A stretch of 62,477 nt of DNA from Bacilli bacterium (lineage in GTDB: Bacteria; Bacillota_I; Bacilli_A; RF39; UBA660): the NCBI GenBank assembly GCA_017441845.1, contig JAFRVB010000001.1:1-62477 (forward strand). Direction: 5' to 3'. The position numbers and the translations under genes were made by a program. This document shows positions 49,000-58,400 of the stretch, one piece after another (the first letter of the stretch is position 1; every line of letters begins with the position of its first letter). The notes beneath the pieces were generated by a model. That model ran no database searches. It saw nothing but the letters and a program-made list of their open reading frames with translations, and had not been told where the DNA came from.

Positions 49000-49762
49000 A
49001 TTTTATTGTTATTTTATAACCATTCTTTTTTAAATGGTCAATTTTATTTTTATAAAAATCATTATAATTAGCATATCCTCCTCTAATATAAGTACTCTTG
49101 TCTTTATTTAAGAAGTACTTTGGAGCATCTACTTTCATACTTTCAAATTCTTCTTCATCCATATTTTTAATATTTTCATATCTAATAGGTATAATAGCCA
49201 TTGTTCTTTCTTTTTGATTAAAGAAATTTATATATATTACTTTATCTACAATATAAACATAATTAGTATCATCTTTATAAGCAACAATATATTTATAAAC
49301 TTCTTCATCATCTTTTTGGAAAGAACATTTAGAATCGTTTCTTCCCATAACTCTATATACTTCAGAGGCTATACTCTTTAATCTAGCAAGATCAGTTTTC
49401 TTCATTTGATTAACATCAGAAATCATCTTATTTTCAGGAACAGGTTCAACTGTTTTGATAGGATGACTATTACTGTTGAAATCATTTTTAGAGGTACTAA
49501 GCAAAATAACAACAAATCCAACCATTGCGATTATAAATATTACTATAGGAATTAAGAAAGATGCCGCAACAACAGTTATACCAACTTTAGCAACTTTTTC
49601 CATACTCTTTGGATCAATCAAATTATAGGTATCATCTTCTTCTCTTTCAATTTCAAATTCTCTATGACAATACTCACATTTGCAACTCTTATCAGTATCT
49701 CCAAAAGATAAACCAGCCCCACAATTAGGACATTTCTTTTCAATTATTTTCATACTTTTCAC
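48998..49762 (-). CDS. Zinc-ribbon single-pass membrane protein of unknown function
   Basis: CPNCGA...CEYC, then a hydrophobic TM segment and a soluble domain. Confidence 0.7.
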   Translation of the reverse strand: MKSMKIIEKKCPNCGAGLSFGDTDKSCKCEYCHREFEIEREEDDTYNLIDPKSMEKVAKVGITVVAASFLIPIVIFIIAMVGFVVILLSTSKNDFNSNSHPIKTVEPVPENKMISDVNQMKKTDLARLKSIASEVYRVMGRNDSKCSFQKDDEEVYKYIVAYKDDTNYVYIVDKVIYINFFNQKERTMAIIPIRYENIKNMDEEEFESMKVDAPKYFLNKDKSTYIRGGYANYNDFYKNKIDHLKKNGYKITIK

Positions 49763-49798
49763 CCTAACAAAATTTTATCATATAAAAGTTAATAAAAC

Positions 49799-49827
49799 TA
49801 GACATTTGTTTATTACTTTGTTATAAT
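49799..49827 (+). promoter_or_regulatory. SigmaA promoter of rpsF-ssb-rpsR
   Basis: TAGACA, 17-nt spacer, TGnTATAAT. Confidence 0.75.
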
Positions 49828-49843
49828 ACATTCGAGTATTTAT

Positions 49844-49886
49844 ATACTCCTTGCTACATTTGTAGCCATTAGTCCAGAAGGAGGTG
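49844..49886 (+). ncRNA. S6:S18 ribosomal protein leader (cis-regulatory RNA)
   Basis: In ATACTCCTTGCTACATTTGTAGCCATTAGTCCAGAAGGAGGTG, CTCCTT pairs with the SD AAGGAG, and an inner hairpin GCTACA/TGTAGC is followed by CC. Confidence 0.75.
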
Positions 49887-49891
49887 TAGTC

Positions 49892-50203
49892 ATGACTAAT
49901 TACGAAATAACATTTATTGTTAGACCTGATATGGAAGAAGCAGAAATTACTAAAACAGCTGATGAATTAAAGAAAGTATTAACTTCTAAGAAAGCAAAAG
50001 TCGTATCAGAAAAAGCATTAGGTCAAAAAGAATTAGCTTATGAAATCAAAAAGTTTAAAACAGGATATTACTTCTTATTTGAAGTAACAGCTAATAAGGA
50101 AGCAATTGATGAATTTGACCACGTAGTAAGAATTAATGAAAACTTATTACGTCATTTAATAGTAAGAGTAAAAGAAATTGAAAAAGAAAAAGAAAGTAAA
50201 TAA
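49892..50203 (+). CDS. rpsF: 30S ribosomal protein S6
   Basis: YEI.FIVRP, G.K.LAYEI.K...GYY, LRHLIV. Confidence 0.97.
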   Translation: MTNYEITFIVRPDMEEAEITKTADELKKVLTSKKAKVVSEKALGQKELAYEIKKFKTGYYFLFEVTANKEAIDEFDHVVRINENLLRHLIVRVKEIEKEKESK

Positions 50204-50217
50204 TAAAGAGGTATTGT

Positions 50218-50697
50218 ATGAATAGAGTATTTTTAATAGGTAGATTAACTAAAGATCCAGAATTAAGATATACAACTGGTAATAATGCAGCTGTATGTAA
50301 TTTTACTATTGCTGTAGATAGAACATTCCAAGGACAAAACGGAGAAAGAGAAGCAGATTTTATTCCTGTAGTAGTATGGAATAAACAAGCTGAAAATGTT
50401 AAGAATTACTTAACTAAAGGTTCTCAAGTTGCTGTTGAAGGAAGAATGCAAGTAAGAAATTATGAAGATCAAAATGGTCAAAAGAGATATGTTACAGAAG
50501 TAATCGCAAATTCTGTAGAATTTTTAGGAAGTAAGAACTCTAACAATGCAAATCAATCAAGTAGTTCATCATCAGAAGAACCAACACCATATGATTTTGC
50601 AGATGAACCAAGTGAAAAAGGAACTAGTGTAGATAAGAATCCTTTCGCAGACTTTGGTCAAAATATTGAAATAAGCGATGATGAATTACCATTTTAG
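50218..50697 (+). CDS. ssb: Single-stranded DNA-binding protein
   Basis: MNRV.LIGRLTKDPELRYT, EADFI, terminal DDELPF. Confidence 0.98.
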   Translation: MNRVFLIGRLTKDPELRYTTGNNAAVCNFTIAVDRTFQGQNGEREADFIPVVVWNKQAENVKNYLTKGSQVAVEGRMQVRNYEDQNGQKRYVTEVIANSVEFLGSKNSNNANQSSSSSSEEPTPYDFADEPSEKGTSVDKNPFADFGQNIEISDDELPF

Positions 50698-50709
50698 AAG
50701 GAGGAAATC

Positions 50710-50928
50710 ATGGCAGAGTTTAACAATAGAAGAAGAAAAAAAGTATGTCAATTATGTGCTGGAAAAACAGTAGATTATAAAGATCCAGAAACTTTAAAAA
50801 GATATATAAATGAAAGAGGAAGAATCGTTCCTAGAAGAATAACTGGTACTTGTGCCCTTCATCAAAGAGTAATTGCTAAAGAAATTAAAAGAGCACGTGC
50901 TATTGCTGTTTTACCATATACAAAGTAG
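50710..50928 (+). CDS. rpsR: 30S ribosomal protein S18 (Zn-binding form)
   Basis: [33 protein letters not shown]. Confidence 0.97.
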   Translation: MAEFNNRRRKKVCQLCAGKTVDYKDPETLKRYINERGRIVPRRITGTCALHQRVIAKEIKRARAIAVLPYTK

Positions 50929-50947
50929 TATTTTTACTACTTTTTTT
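50922..50947 (+). terminator. Intrinsic terminator after rpsR
   Basis: aaagtagta-tttt-tactactttttttt. Confidence 0.7.
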
Positions 50948-51008
50948 ATTTGTAATAAACTTCTAAATATAGTAAAATATATATTGAAGAAATGTCTAAC
51001 TATGGAGG

Positions 51009-52001
51009 ATGAAGATGGGAATTGGTGAAAATAAAAAACAAGTAATGAGAACAATAAGAAAAGCAAAAAACATCTTTCTTATGGCTCACAAAAATTTAGA
51101 CTTAGATGCATTAGGTAGTACTATCGGTTTATACGAAATATTATCTAACAAGAAGAAAAAATGCTACATAATCATTGAAGAAAAAACACATGAATTAGGA
51201 GTAGAAAAAGTATTAAAAGAATTAACTGGATGTATCGACATTATTAGAGAAGAAGATATTTCTAGTAAATTACATAAAAATAAGAAGAAAAATTTACTTA
51301 TAATTTGTGATACTAATAAAAAAGAATTAGTTCAATCAGAAGAAGCATTAAAACATTTCTCGAACAAGATGATTTTAGATCATCATAATAAAGGAAATAC
51401 TACTATTAGATCTCAATTAGAAGTAATAGATACAGAAGTATCAAGTACTTGTGAAATGATAGTAGAGTTAGTTGAAGCATATGATATAGAACTAGATCCA
51501 TACTACGCTACAGTATTATTAGCTGGTATAGTTCTAGATACTAATAACTTCACATTAAAAACATCAAAAGAAACATATTATTGTGCTTATTATTTATCTT
51601 GTTTAGGAGCAAGTGCTCAAAAAGTACAATATTTGCTTAAACAAGATATTAATGAATATATTGAAAGAAATAAAATGTTAACAAACATTGAAACTATAGA
51701 TGAGAGAATTGCTATAACTAAAGCAACTCCATATACTATTTATCGTAGAGAAGATATTGCTAAAATAGCTGATACTTTATTATATTTCAATAACATTGAA
51801 GCATCTTTTGTAATATCTAAAATAGCTAAAGATAAAATAGGTATAAGTGCTCGTAGTTTAGGTAATTTTGATATTAATAAAATATTAAGTAATTTTGATG
51901 GAGGAGGAGATTCTTATCATGGAGCTGCTGTTGTTGATGAAGATAAGATAAGTGTAGTTCATGATAAGTTAAAAGAAATAATTGAAGAGGAGGTAAAATA
52001 A
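51009..52001 (+). CDS. Stand-alone DHH/DHHA1 phosphoesterase at the gdpP locus
   Basis: H.N.D.DALGS, CDT, LDHH, AGIVLDTNNF, SARS. Lies between rpsR and rplI and lacks TM, PAS and GGDEF domains. Confidence 0.85.
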   Translation: MKMGIGENKKQVMRTIRKAKNIFLMAHKNLDLDALGSTIGLYEILSNKKKKCYIIIEEKTHELGVEKVLKELTGCIDIIREEDISSKLHKNKKKNLLIICDTNKKELVQSEEALKHFSNKMILDHHNKGNTTIRSQLEVIDTEVSSTCEMIVELVEAYDIELDPYYATVLLAGIVLDTNNFTLKTSKETYYCAYYLSCLGASAQKVQYLLKQDINEYIERNKMLTNIETIDERIAITKATPYTIYRREDIAKIADTLLYFNNIEASFVISKIAKDKIGISARSLGNFDINKILSNFDGGGDSYHGAAVVDEDKISVVHDKLKEIIEEEVK

Positions 52002-52441
52002 TGGAAGTAATTTTCATTAAGGATTTAAGAGGTCAAGGTAAAAAGGGAGACATTAAAGATGTTAAAACTGGATACGCTGAAAACTTCCTTATAAAGAAAG
52101 GATACGCCGTATTAAAAACAACTGAATCTTTAAAACAATTAGAAAAAGAAAAAAAAGAAAAAATGGAGTCTGATCAAAAAGCTAAAGATGATGCTACTAA
52201 ATTAAAAGGAAAACTTGATCAAATGACATTAGAATTCAAAGTTAAAACAGGACAAGGAGATAAAGTCTTCGGAAGTGTTAGTCCTAAGCAAATAAAAGAA
52301 GAACTTGGTAAACAAGGTATTAAGATTGAAAAGAATATGATTAAATTAGATAGTTCTCTATCTACTCTAGGATTTCATAAAGTAGATATAGAATTATATC
52401 CTAAAGTAATCGCTGAAATAAAAGTACATTTAGTAAAGTAG
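52001..52441 (+). CDS. rplI: 50S ribosomal protein L9
   Basis: M.VIF.KD..GQGKKG....VK.GYA.NFL, K.FGSV. Confidence 0.97.
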   Translation: MEVIFIKDLRGQGKKGDIKDVKTGYAENFLIKKGYAVLKTTESLKQLEKEKKEKMESDQKAKDDATKLKGKLDQMTLEFKVKTGQGDKVFGSVSPKQIKEELGKQGIKIEKNMIKLDSSLSTLGFHKVDIELYPKVIAEIKVHLVK

Positions 52442-52451
52442 AGGTGATAAT

Positions 52452-53816
52452 ATGCCATTAAAGACACTACCAAATAATTTAGAAGCTGAAGAATCAGTAT
52501 TAGGAGCTTGTTTCTTATCAAAATATGCTCTACAAAAAGCAAGTGAGAATTTAACACCTGAATCTTTTTATAGTGAAAAGAACAGTAAGATATTTTCAAC
52601 AATGGTAGAGTTAATGGAAGAACAAGTACCTCTAGATATTACTACTGTTACTTCTAGATTAAAAAAGAAAAAAATCTTAACTGAAGTAGGCGGAGTAGAA
52701 TACTTAACTGAAATAGTAGACTATGTACCTACTGCTTCTAATATAGATTTCTATATTAAAACAGTTGAAGATGCATCAATATTAAGAAATTTAATTCAAA
52801 CAGCAGAAGAAATTGCTACAGATGGTTATAATTCAGAAGAACCTATTAATGATGTATTAGATAATTCTGAAAAGAAGATTTTAGATATAGTTAAAAATAG
52901 AAAATCTAATGAATTTAAAACAATAAAAGAAGTATTAAATAAAACTGAATCTAATTTAGAATTCTTAGCTGAAAATAAGAATGCTATAACAGGTTTAGCT
53001 ACAGGTTTATATGAGTTAGATAGAATAACTACAGGACTACATGGTAGTGAATTATTTATCGTTGCCGCTCGTCCTGCTATGGGTAAAACTGCTTTTGCTC
53101 TTAACATCGCAACTCACGTAGCTCAAACTCAAGACAAGGCAGTTGCTGTATTTAATATGGAGATGCCTGCTGAACAATTAGCGACAAGAATCATCTCATC
53201 TTTAGGTCAAATAGATGCTTATAAATTAAGAACAGGTAATCTATTAAATGAAGATTGGAAGAGAGTCAGTGAAGCTATTGCTCAATTAAATCAAACTAAT
53301 TTAGTATTAGATGATACATCAGGAATAACTATTGGAGATATTAGAGCTAAATGTAGAAGATTAGCTTCTTCAGAAGAAGGATTAGCTCTAGTAGTAATCG
53401 ACTATCTTCAATTGATTTCTGGTGGAAAGAATTATGGTATCAATAGACAACAAGAAGTATCAGATATTTCAAGAAGTTTAAAAACTCTAGCACTAGAGTT
53501 AAATGTACCAATAATAGCTTTATCACAATTATCTCGTTCAGTAGAATCAAGAGAAGATAAACATCCACTTATGAGTGACTTAAGAGAATCAGGATCAATT
53601 GAACAAGATGCAGATATTGTAGGATTCTTATATAGAGATGATTATTATAATAAAGAAGCTAGAACAGAAGATAATAATAGTTTAAGTGAATTCATTATAG
53701 GTAAACATCGTAATGGACCTACTGCGACTATAGAATTATTATTTAAAAAGAATACATCTACATTCTTAAACTTAAGAAAAGAACAAAAAAAGGCGGATGA
53801 AAAAAATGAAAAATAA
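52452..53816 (+). CDS. dnaB: Replicative DNA helicase (DnaB family, DnaC in B. subtilis naming)
   Basis: P.NLEAE.SVLG, AARPAMGKT, IDYLQL, LSQLSR, SDLRESGSIEQDAD, KHRNGP. Confidence 0.98.
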   Translation: MPLKTLPNNLEAEESVLGACFLSKYALQKASENLTPESFYSEKNSKIFSTMVELMEEQVPLDITTVTSRLKKKKILTEVGGVEYLTEIVDYVPTASNIDFYIKTVEDASILRNLIQTAEEIATDGYNSEEPINDVLDNSEKKILDIVKNRKSNEFKTIKEVLNKTESNLEFLAENKNAITGLATGLYELDRITTGLHGSELFIVAARPAMGKTAFALNIATHVAQTQDKAVAVFNMEMPAEQLATRIISSLGQIDAYKLRTGNLLNEDWKRVSEAIAQLNQTNLVLDDTSGITIGDIRAKCRRLASSEEGLALVVIDYLQLISGGKNYGINRQQEVSDISRSLKTLALELNVPIIALSQLSRSVESREDKHPLMSDLRESGSIEQDADIVGFLYRDDYYNKEARTEDNNSLSEFIIGKHRNGPTATIELLFKKNTSTFLNLRKEQKKADEKNEK

Positions 53817-55320
53817 AATAAAAATATTATTAGTCTTAATCATATTTTTATTACCAATATCTACTCTAGGATTTAAAACAAATTATTTAACTAAACCACA
53901 TAAAGTATATAGAGTATATTTAAAAGGAGAATCTCTAGGTTTAATTAAATCTAAAGATGAATTAAATAAATATATAGATGAAAGACAAAACGAAGTAAAA
54001 GAAAAATATAAAGTTAAAAAAGTATATGCTCCAAGTCAATTAAAAATAACAGAAGAGGTAACTTATAGTAATAATATTCTATCTACTGAACAAATATATA
54101 ATAGAATAGCTAATATCTCTCCATTTACTATTAATGGTTATGTTATTAAGATAGGTGGAGTAACTAAGAATAACAATAATAATAAGAAAGAAAAAACTAA
54201 ACCACAAACTTTATATGTATTAAAGAAAAATGTATTTACTGATTCTGCTGAAAATACAGCTAAATCTTTTGTTACTGAAGAAAACTTCAAAATATATAAA
54301 GAAGATAAACAACAAGAGATAAGAGAAGTAGGTAAGATTATTGAAAATATCTATATTAGAAATAAAGTAACTATTAAAAAGATAAAAGTACCAGTAGATG
54401 AAAAAATATATACTGATTCAGAAGAATTAACAAAATATTTAGTCTTTGGTACCACTGAAGAATCTAAAGCTTATAAAGTTAGAAAAGGAGACACTTTAGA
54501 AGATGTAGCTTTTAAGAATAAAATGTCTACTGAAGAAATTATGGTCGCTAATCCTGATATAACTGATAAAAATACATTGTTATATCCAGGACAAGTATTA
54601 AAAGTTGGTACTATTAAACCTCAGTTAGATATAGTAGAGGAAGATCACGTTGTAAAAAGAGAACAACAACACTACACTACTGAAACTAAATATAATAAGA
54701 AGAAATATACAGATTATAATGAAACAAAACAAAAAGGAGTTAACGGAGAAAATATCGTTACTCAAAAAGTACAAATGATTAATGGTGAAATTTCTAATAC
54801 TGTTACAGTAAATAAAGAAGTAGTAAAAGAACCAATTAAAGAAATAATTATTAGAGGAACTAAAAAACGTGCCGGTGGCGGCGGTTGGGGTACATACTCA
54901 GGACCTGGTTATGGAGATGTCGTTAAGACTAGAGGTACTTGGGGATGGCCCGCAACATGTTCAACAATTTCATCACCATTCGGTTATCGTTGGGGAACAC
55001 TACACGATGGTACTGATATCGCCAGTTGTGGATATGGATCAAACATCTTCGCAGCTCAAGCCGGAACAGTAGTTCAATCATCATCTAAATATGATAATGG
55101 TATCTTTGTAACAATAGATCACCATAATGGTTATTACACGCTATATGCGCATTTATCTAGAAAGATAGTTAAAGTAGGAGATAATGTATCAAAAGGACAA
55201 GTAATCGGAGCTATGGGTCAAACAGGATTCGCAACAGGAGTACACTTACACTTCTCATTATGGAGAGGTTATCCATACCATCCAGGTTCTAGAGCCTTAA
55301 ATGCTATGAGCGTATATTAA
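53797..55320 (+). CDS. LysM-G5-M23 peptidoglycan endopeptidase
   Basis: Signal peptide, LysM YKVRKGDTL, G5 domain ending EIIIRGTK, M23 motifs HDGTD, YAHL and HLHF. Confidence 0.92.
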   Translation: MKKMKNKIKILLVLIIFLLPISTLGFKTNYLTKPHKVYRVYLKGESLGLIKSKDELNKYIDERQNEVKEKYKVKKVYAPSQLKITEEVTYSNNILSTEQIYNRIANISPFTINGYVIKIGGVTKNNNNNKKEKTKPQTLYVLKKNVFTDSAENTAKSFVTEENFKIYKEDKQQEIREVGKIIENIYIRNKVTIKKIKVPVDEKIYTDSEELTKYLVFGTTEESKAYKVRKGDTLEDVAFKNKMSTEEIMVANPDITDKNTLLYPGQVLKVGTIKPQLDIVEEDHVVKREQQHYTTETKYNKKKYTDYNETKQKGVNGENIVTQKVQMINGEISNTVTVNKEVVKEPIKEIIIRGTKKRAGGGGWGTYSGPGYGDVVKTRGTWGWPATCSTISSPFGYRWGTLHDGTDIASCGYGSNIFAAQAGTVVQSSSKYDNGIFVTIDHHNGYYTLYAHLSRKIVKVGDNVSKGQVIGAMGQTGFATGVHLHFSLWRGYPYHPGSRALNAMSVY

Positions 55321-56078
55321 TGAAAATTAAAGTTATTGAAAGTGGATCAAAGGGTAATTGTACAATTATCCTTCTTGATTATATAAATATAATTATTGAT
55401 ATAGGAATCTCTTATAAAAAACTAACTAATGAATTAGATAAATTAAATATTAATATAGATGATATAACAGGATTATTAATTACTCATAATCATAAAGATC
55501 ATATTGCTGGATTAAGTACTTTTCTAAAGAAAACTAACATAAAAGTATTTATTCCTAAGAAAATGTATAAATCTATTAAATCTGAAGTAGAAGAATTAAC
55601 AGAAGAAAATTGTGTCTTCATAGATGATGAAGATAAGATTTTAGATGTAGATTTAAAGTTAATTCATACTTCACACGATGTAGAATACTCAGTAGGATAT
55701 GATATTAAGTATAAAGATAAAGAACTAGTATATATAACAGATACAGGTTATCTAAATAGAAAAATACTATCTACTATTACAAATAAAGATATCTATATTA
55801 TCGAATCAAATCATGATGAAAGAATGTTAATGGATGGACCGTATCCAAGATTCTTAAAAGATAGAGTAATATCAGATTATGGTCATTTATCAAATGAAAT
55901 GACTGGTAAATACTTAAAAAAGATTATTGGAGATAAAACTAAATATATTGTTTTAGCTCATCTAAGTGAAATAAATAATACTCCTGATATAGCTCTATCC
56001 ACAATAGAGAAATATATATCTGATAAAGAAATAATAGTAGCTAGTCAAACTAAAGGAACAAGAGTATTAGAGGTATAA
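55320..56078 (+). CDS. walJ: Metallo-beta-lactamase-fold exonuclease WalJ/YycJ
   Basis: SGSKGN, THNHKDH, SHD, TDTG, ESNHD..ML..GPYP..LK.R...GHLSN, LAHLSE.NN. Confidence 0.88.
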   Translation: MKIKVIESGSKGNCTIILLDYINIIIDIGISYKKLTNELDKLNINIDDITGLLITHNHKDHIAGLSTFLKKTNIKVFIPKKMYKSIKSEVEELTEENCVFIDDEDKILDVDLKLIHTSHDVEYSVGYDIKYKDKELVYITDTGYLNRKILSTITNKDIYIIESNHDERMLMDGPYPRFLKDRVISDYGHLSNEMTGKYLKKIIGDKTKYIVLAHLSEINNTPDIALSTIEKYISDKEIIVASQTKGTRVLEV

Positions 56079-56080
56079 GT

Positions 56081-56536
56081 ATGATTAAATTAATATGTAT
56101 AGGTAATTTAAAAGAAATATATCTAAAAGAAGCAGTAAAAGAATATGAAAAACGTCTTTCTAAATATACTAAGTTAGAAATAATCGAATTAAAAGATTTA
56201 TCATATGATGATGAATCTAAAGTATTATATGAAGAAGGACAAAGTATTCTAAAACATATTGATTCAAAAGATTATGTTATTACTATGGAAATAGAAGGAG
56301 AAAATTTATCTTCAGAAGAATTTGCTTCTAAATTAGATTCTATTCAAATAAATAATTCTAATATTGTATTTGTTATTGGAGGTAGTCTAGGTCTAAGTAA
56401 TGAAGTAAAAGAAAGATCTAATTATAAATTATCTTTTTCTAAGATGACTTTTCCTCATCAATTATTTAGAATCATACTTTTAGAACAAATCTATAGAGCA
56501 TTTAAAATAAATAATAATGAATCATACCATAAGTAG
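56081..56536 (+). CDS. rlmH: 23S rRNA m3Psi1915 methyltransferase
   Basis: FVIGGSLGL, SFSKMTFPHQL.R..LLEQIYRA, terminal YHK. Confidence 0.97.
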   Translation: MIKLICIGNLKEIYLKEAVKEYEKRLSKYTKLEIIELKDLSYDDESKVLYEEGQSILKHIDSKDYVITMEIEGENLSSEEFASKLDSIQINNSNIVFVIGGSLGLSNEVKERSNYKLSFSKMTFPHQLFRIILLEQIYRAFKINNNESYHK

Positions 56537-56544
56537 GTGATTAG

Positions 56545-57207
56545 ATGATTGGTAATTCATGGGATCAAGTATTATCAAATGAGTTTAATGAAGAGTATTT
56601 CAAAGACTTAATTAACTTTATTAAAGAAGAATATCAAACTAAAGTGATATATCCTCCTCAAAATAAAGTATTTAATGCGCTTAGATATACTGATTTTGAT
56701 AATGTAAAAGTAGTTATACTAGGACAAGATCCATATCATGGACCCAATCAAGCAGAAGGGTTATCTTTCTCAGTAAGTAATGAAGTATTAAAACCTCCTT
56801 CATTACAAAATATCTTTAAGGAGTTAGAAGCTGATCTAGGAATACCTTTTCCTAAGAAAAATTCATTAATTCCTTGGTCTAAACAAGGAGTGTTACTTCT
56901 AAATGCTGTATTAACTGTTGAAGAACATAAACCTACATCTCATAAAGATAGAGGTTGGGAAAGGTTTACTGATGATATTATCAAAATATTGAATGAAAGA
57001 AGTACTCCAACAGTATTCATATTATGGGGAGCCTACGCCAGAAGTAAAAAGAATTTAATCACAAATCAGAATCATCTTGTTATAGAATCTGCTCATCCAT
57101 CACCATTTTCCGCACGAAACGGGTTCTTCGGAAGTAAACCTTTTTCAAAGACTAATGAGTTTTTAAAGAAGAAAGGTATTGAAGAAATAAATTGGAATAT
57201 AGAATAA
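56545..57207 (+). CDS. ung: Uracil-DNA glycosylase
   Basis: KVVILGQDPYHG, PPSL.NI, GVLLLN, HPSP.S. Confidence 0.98.
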   Translation: MIGNSWDQVLSNEFNEEYFKDLINFIKEEYQTKVIYPPQNKVFNALRYTDFDNVKVVILGQDPYHGPNQAEGLSFSVSNEVLKPPSLQNIFKELEADLGIPFPKKNSLIPWSKQGVLLLNAVLTVEEHKPTSHKDRGWERFTDDIIKILNERSTPTVFILWGAYARSKKNLITNQNHLVIESAHPSPFSARNGFFGSKPFSKTNEFLKKKGIEEINWNIE

Positions 57208-57242
57208 TTATATGATATACTTTTTATGATAGAGGTGATCAA

Positions 57243-57650
57243 ATGGATAAAGAATTTGATTTTAAAGAAGTATTAGATGATCTTCATAAAGATATAGATG
57301 AAGAGAGAGAAACTAATCCTGAAATGGCTAAAAAACTAGATGATAGAATTAAAGAATACAATGCACAATGGTTAGTAGAAAACGAAAATTCTGGAATCAA
57401 AGTAGAAACAGAAGACGACTTAAAAGGATTAGAATATGAGATTATTAAACAAGATCCTGGATATGCTGAATACTTAGAAGATGAATTAGTTGCTTGCTAT
57501 GAAGAAGGTTTAATAGAAGATGAAGAAATTGAACCAGAAGAAAGAGTGGTAGAAGAAGAACCTGAAAGAGTAATAACTAATTTAGAAGAATGGGTTTCAG
57601 AATTAAGTAATTTTTATGTAGATAAAGATCAAAAATTAACAAAAAAATAA
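57243..57650 (+). CDS. Hypothetical acidic protein (paralog A)
   Basis: GAGGTG RBS, TGnTATACT promoter and own terminator. Homologous to the next ORF. Confidence 0.75.
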   Translation: MDKEFDFKEVLDDLHKDIDEERETNPEMAKKLDDRIKEYNAQWLVENENSGIKVETEDDLKGLEYEIIKQDPGYAEYLEDELVACYEEGLIEDEEIEPEERVVEEEPERVITNLEEWVSELSNFYVDKDQKLTKK

Positions 57651-57672
57651 GAGACCAAAATGGTCTTTTTTT
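57649..57672 (+). terminator. Intrinsic terminator between the paralogs
   Basis: agacc-aaaat-ggtct followed by a T-run. Confidence 0.65.
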
Positions 57673-57737
57673 ATTCTATTCTTTACAAAATAAGGAAAAT
57701 GTGATATAATAGGCGCATATTTATGGGAGGGGTTTAG

Positions 57738-58373
57738 ATGAATATCGAAACTAAGAAAGCCAAACAAACATTAAAGAGTATTAATGAAGCATTAGAAGAA
57801 GAAAGACAAATTGACCCAAAAATGGCTCAAAGAATTGAAAAATATATTGAATATGAAAACAAAAAGTGGATTTTAAAACACAGAGATGATGTTGTAGAAA
57901 TAAGAGACACTGGTATAGTTACAGCTAAAGAAAAATTAGTTGCTCATAAATTAACAGAACTTGTTAGTTATGTTGATATTGATAATGAAGATGTATTTAA
58001 TACTCTATATAAAAATATTTTAGGTTTCTATGAAAGTATTAGTGAAAGTAACTTAGAAAGCTTCAATAACTCAATACTTTATAAAAAAGAAGGAACAATT
58101 AATTGTTGTAATAACTTAGAAAACTACATTGTTGAAATGGATCCACTATATGCAGAACATTTAGATGAAAAAGTAGATTGGTTCTATGAAAATTATCTTG
58201 AACATGTTAAAAGAAAAGAAGCAAGACTTGCTGAAGAAGTGTTAGAAGATGAATTCGAAGAAGAAAAATTTGAAGAAGTAGAAGAACCAAGAAGAATTAC
58301 TAATTTAACTGACTGGGTTTCAGAATTAAGTAATTATTATGTTGATAAAAAGAAAAATTTAGTTAGAAAATAA
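57738..58373 (+). CDS. Hypothetical acidic protein (paralog B)
   Basis: GGAGG RBS and TGnTATAAT promoter. Shares three blocks with the 57243 ORF. Confidence 0.75.
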   Translation: MNIETKKAKQTLKSINEALEEERQIDPKMAQRIEKYIEYENKKWILKHRDDVVEIRDTGIVTAKEKLVAHKLTELVSYVDIDNEDVFNTLYKNILGFYESISESNLESFNNSILYKKEGTINCCNNLENYIVEMDPLYAEHLDEKVDWFYENYLEHVKRKEARLAEEVLEDEFEEEKFEEVEEPRRITNLTDWVSELSNYYVDKKKNLVRK

Positions 58374-58400
58374 AAAACAAGTATTAACTTGTTTTTTTTT
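58372..58400. terminator. Bidirectional terminator (paralog B / pta)
   Basis: aaaaaacaag-tatta-acttgtttttttt. Confidence 0.75.

Noticed and set aside
54860-55150. Locally GC-richer patch suggesting foreign DNA
   Set aside because: Explained by the Gly/Trp/His/Ala-rich M23 domain codons within a continuous ORF.
56519-56545. SCC-like island at the rlmH (orfX) 3' end
   Set aside because: ung follows after 8 nt, and no recombinase or duplicated att sequence was seen.
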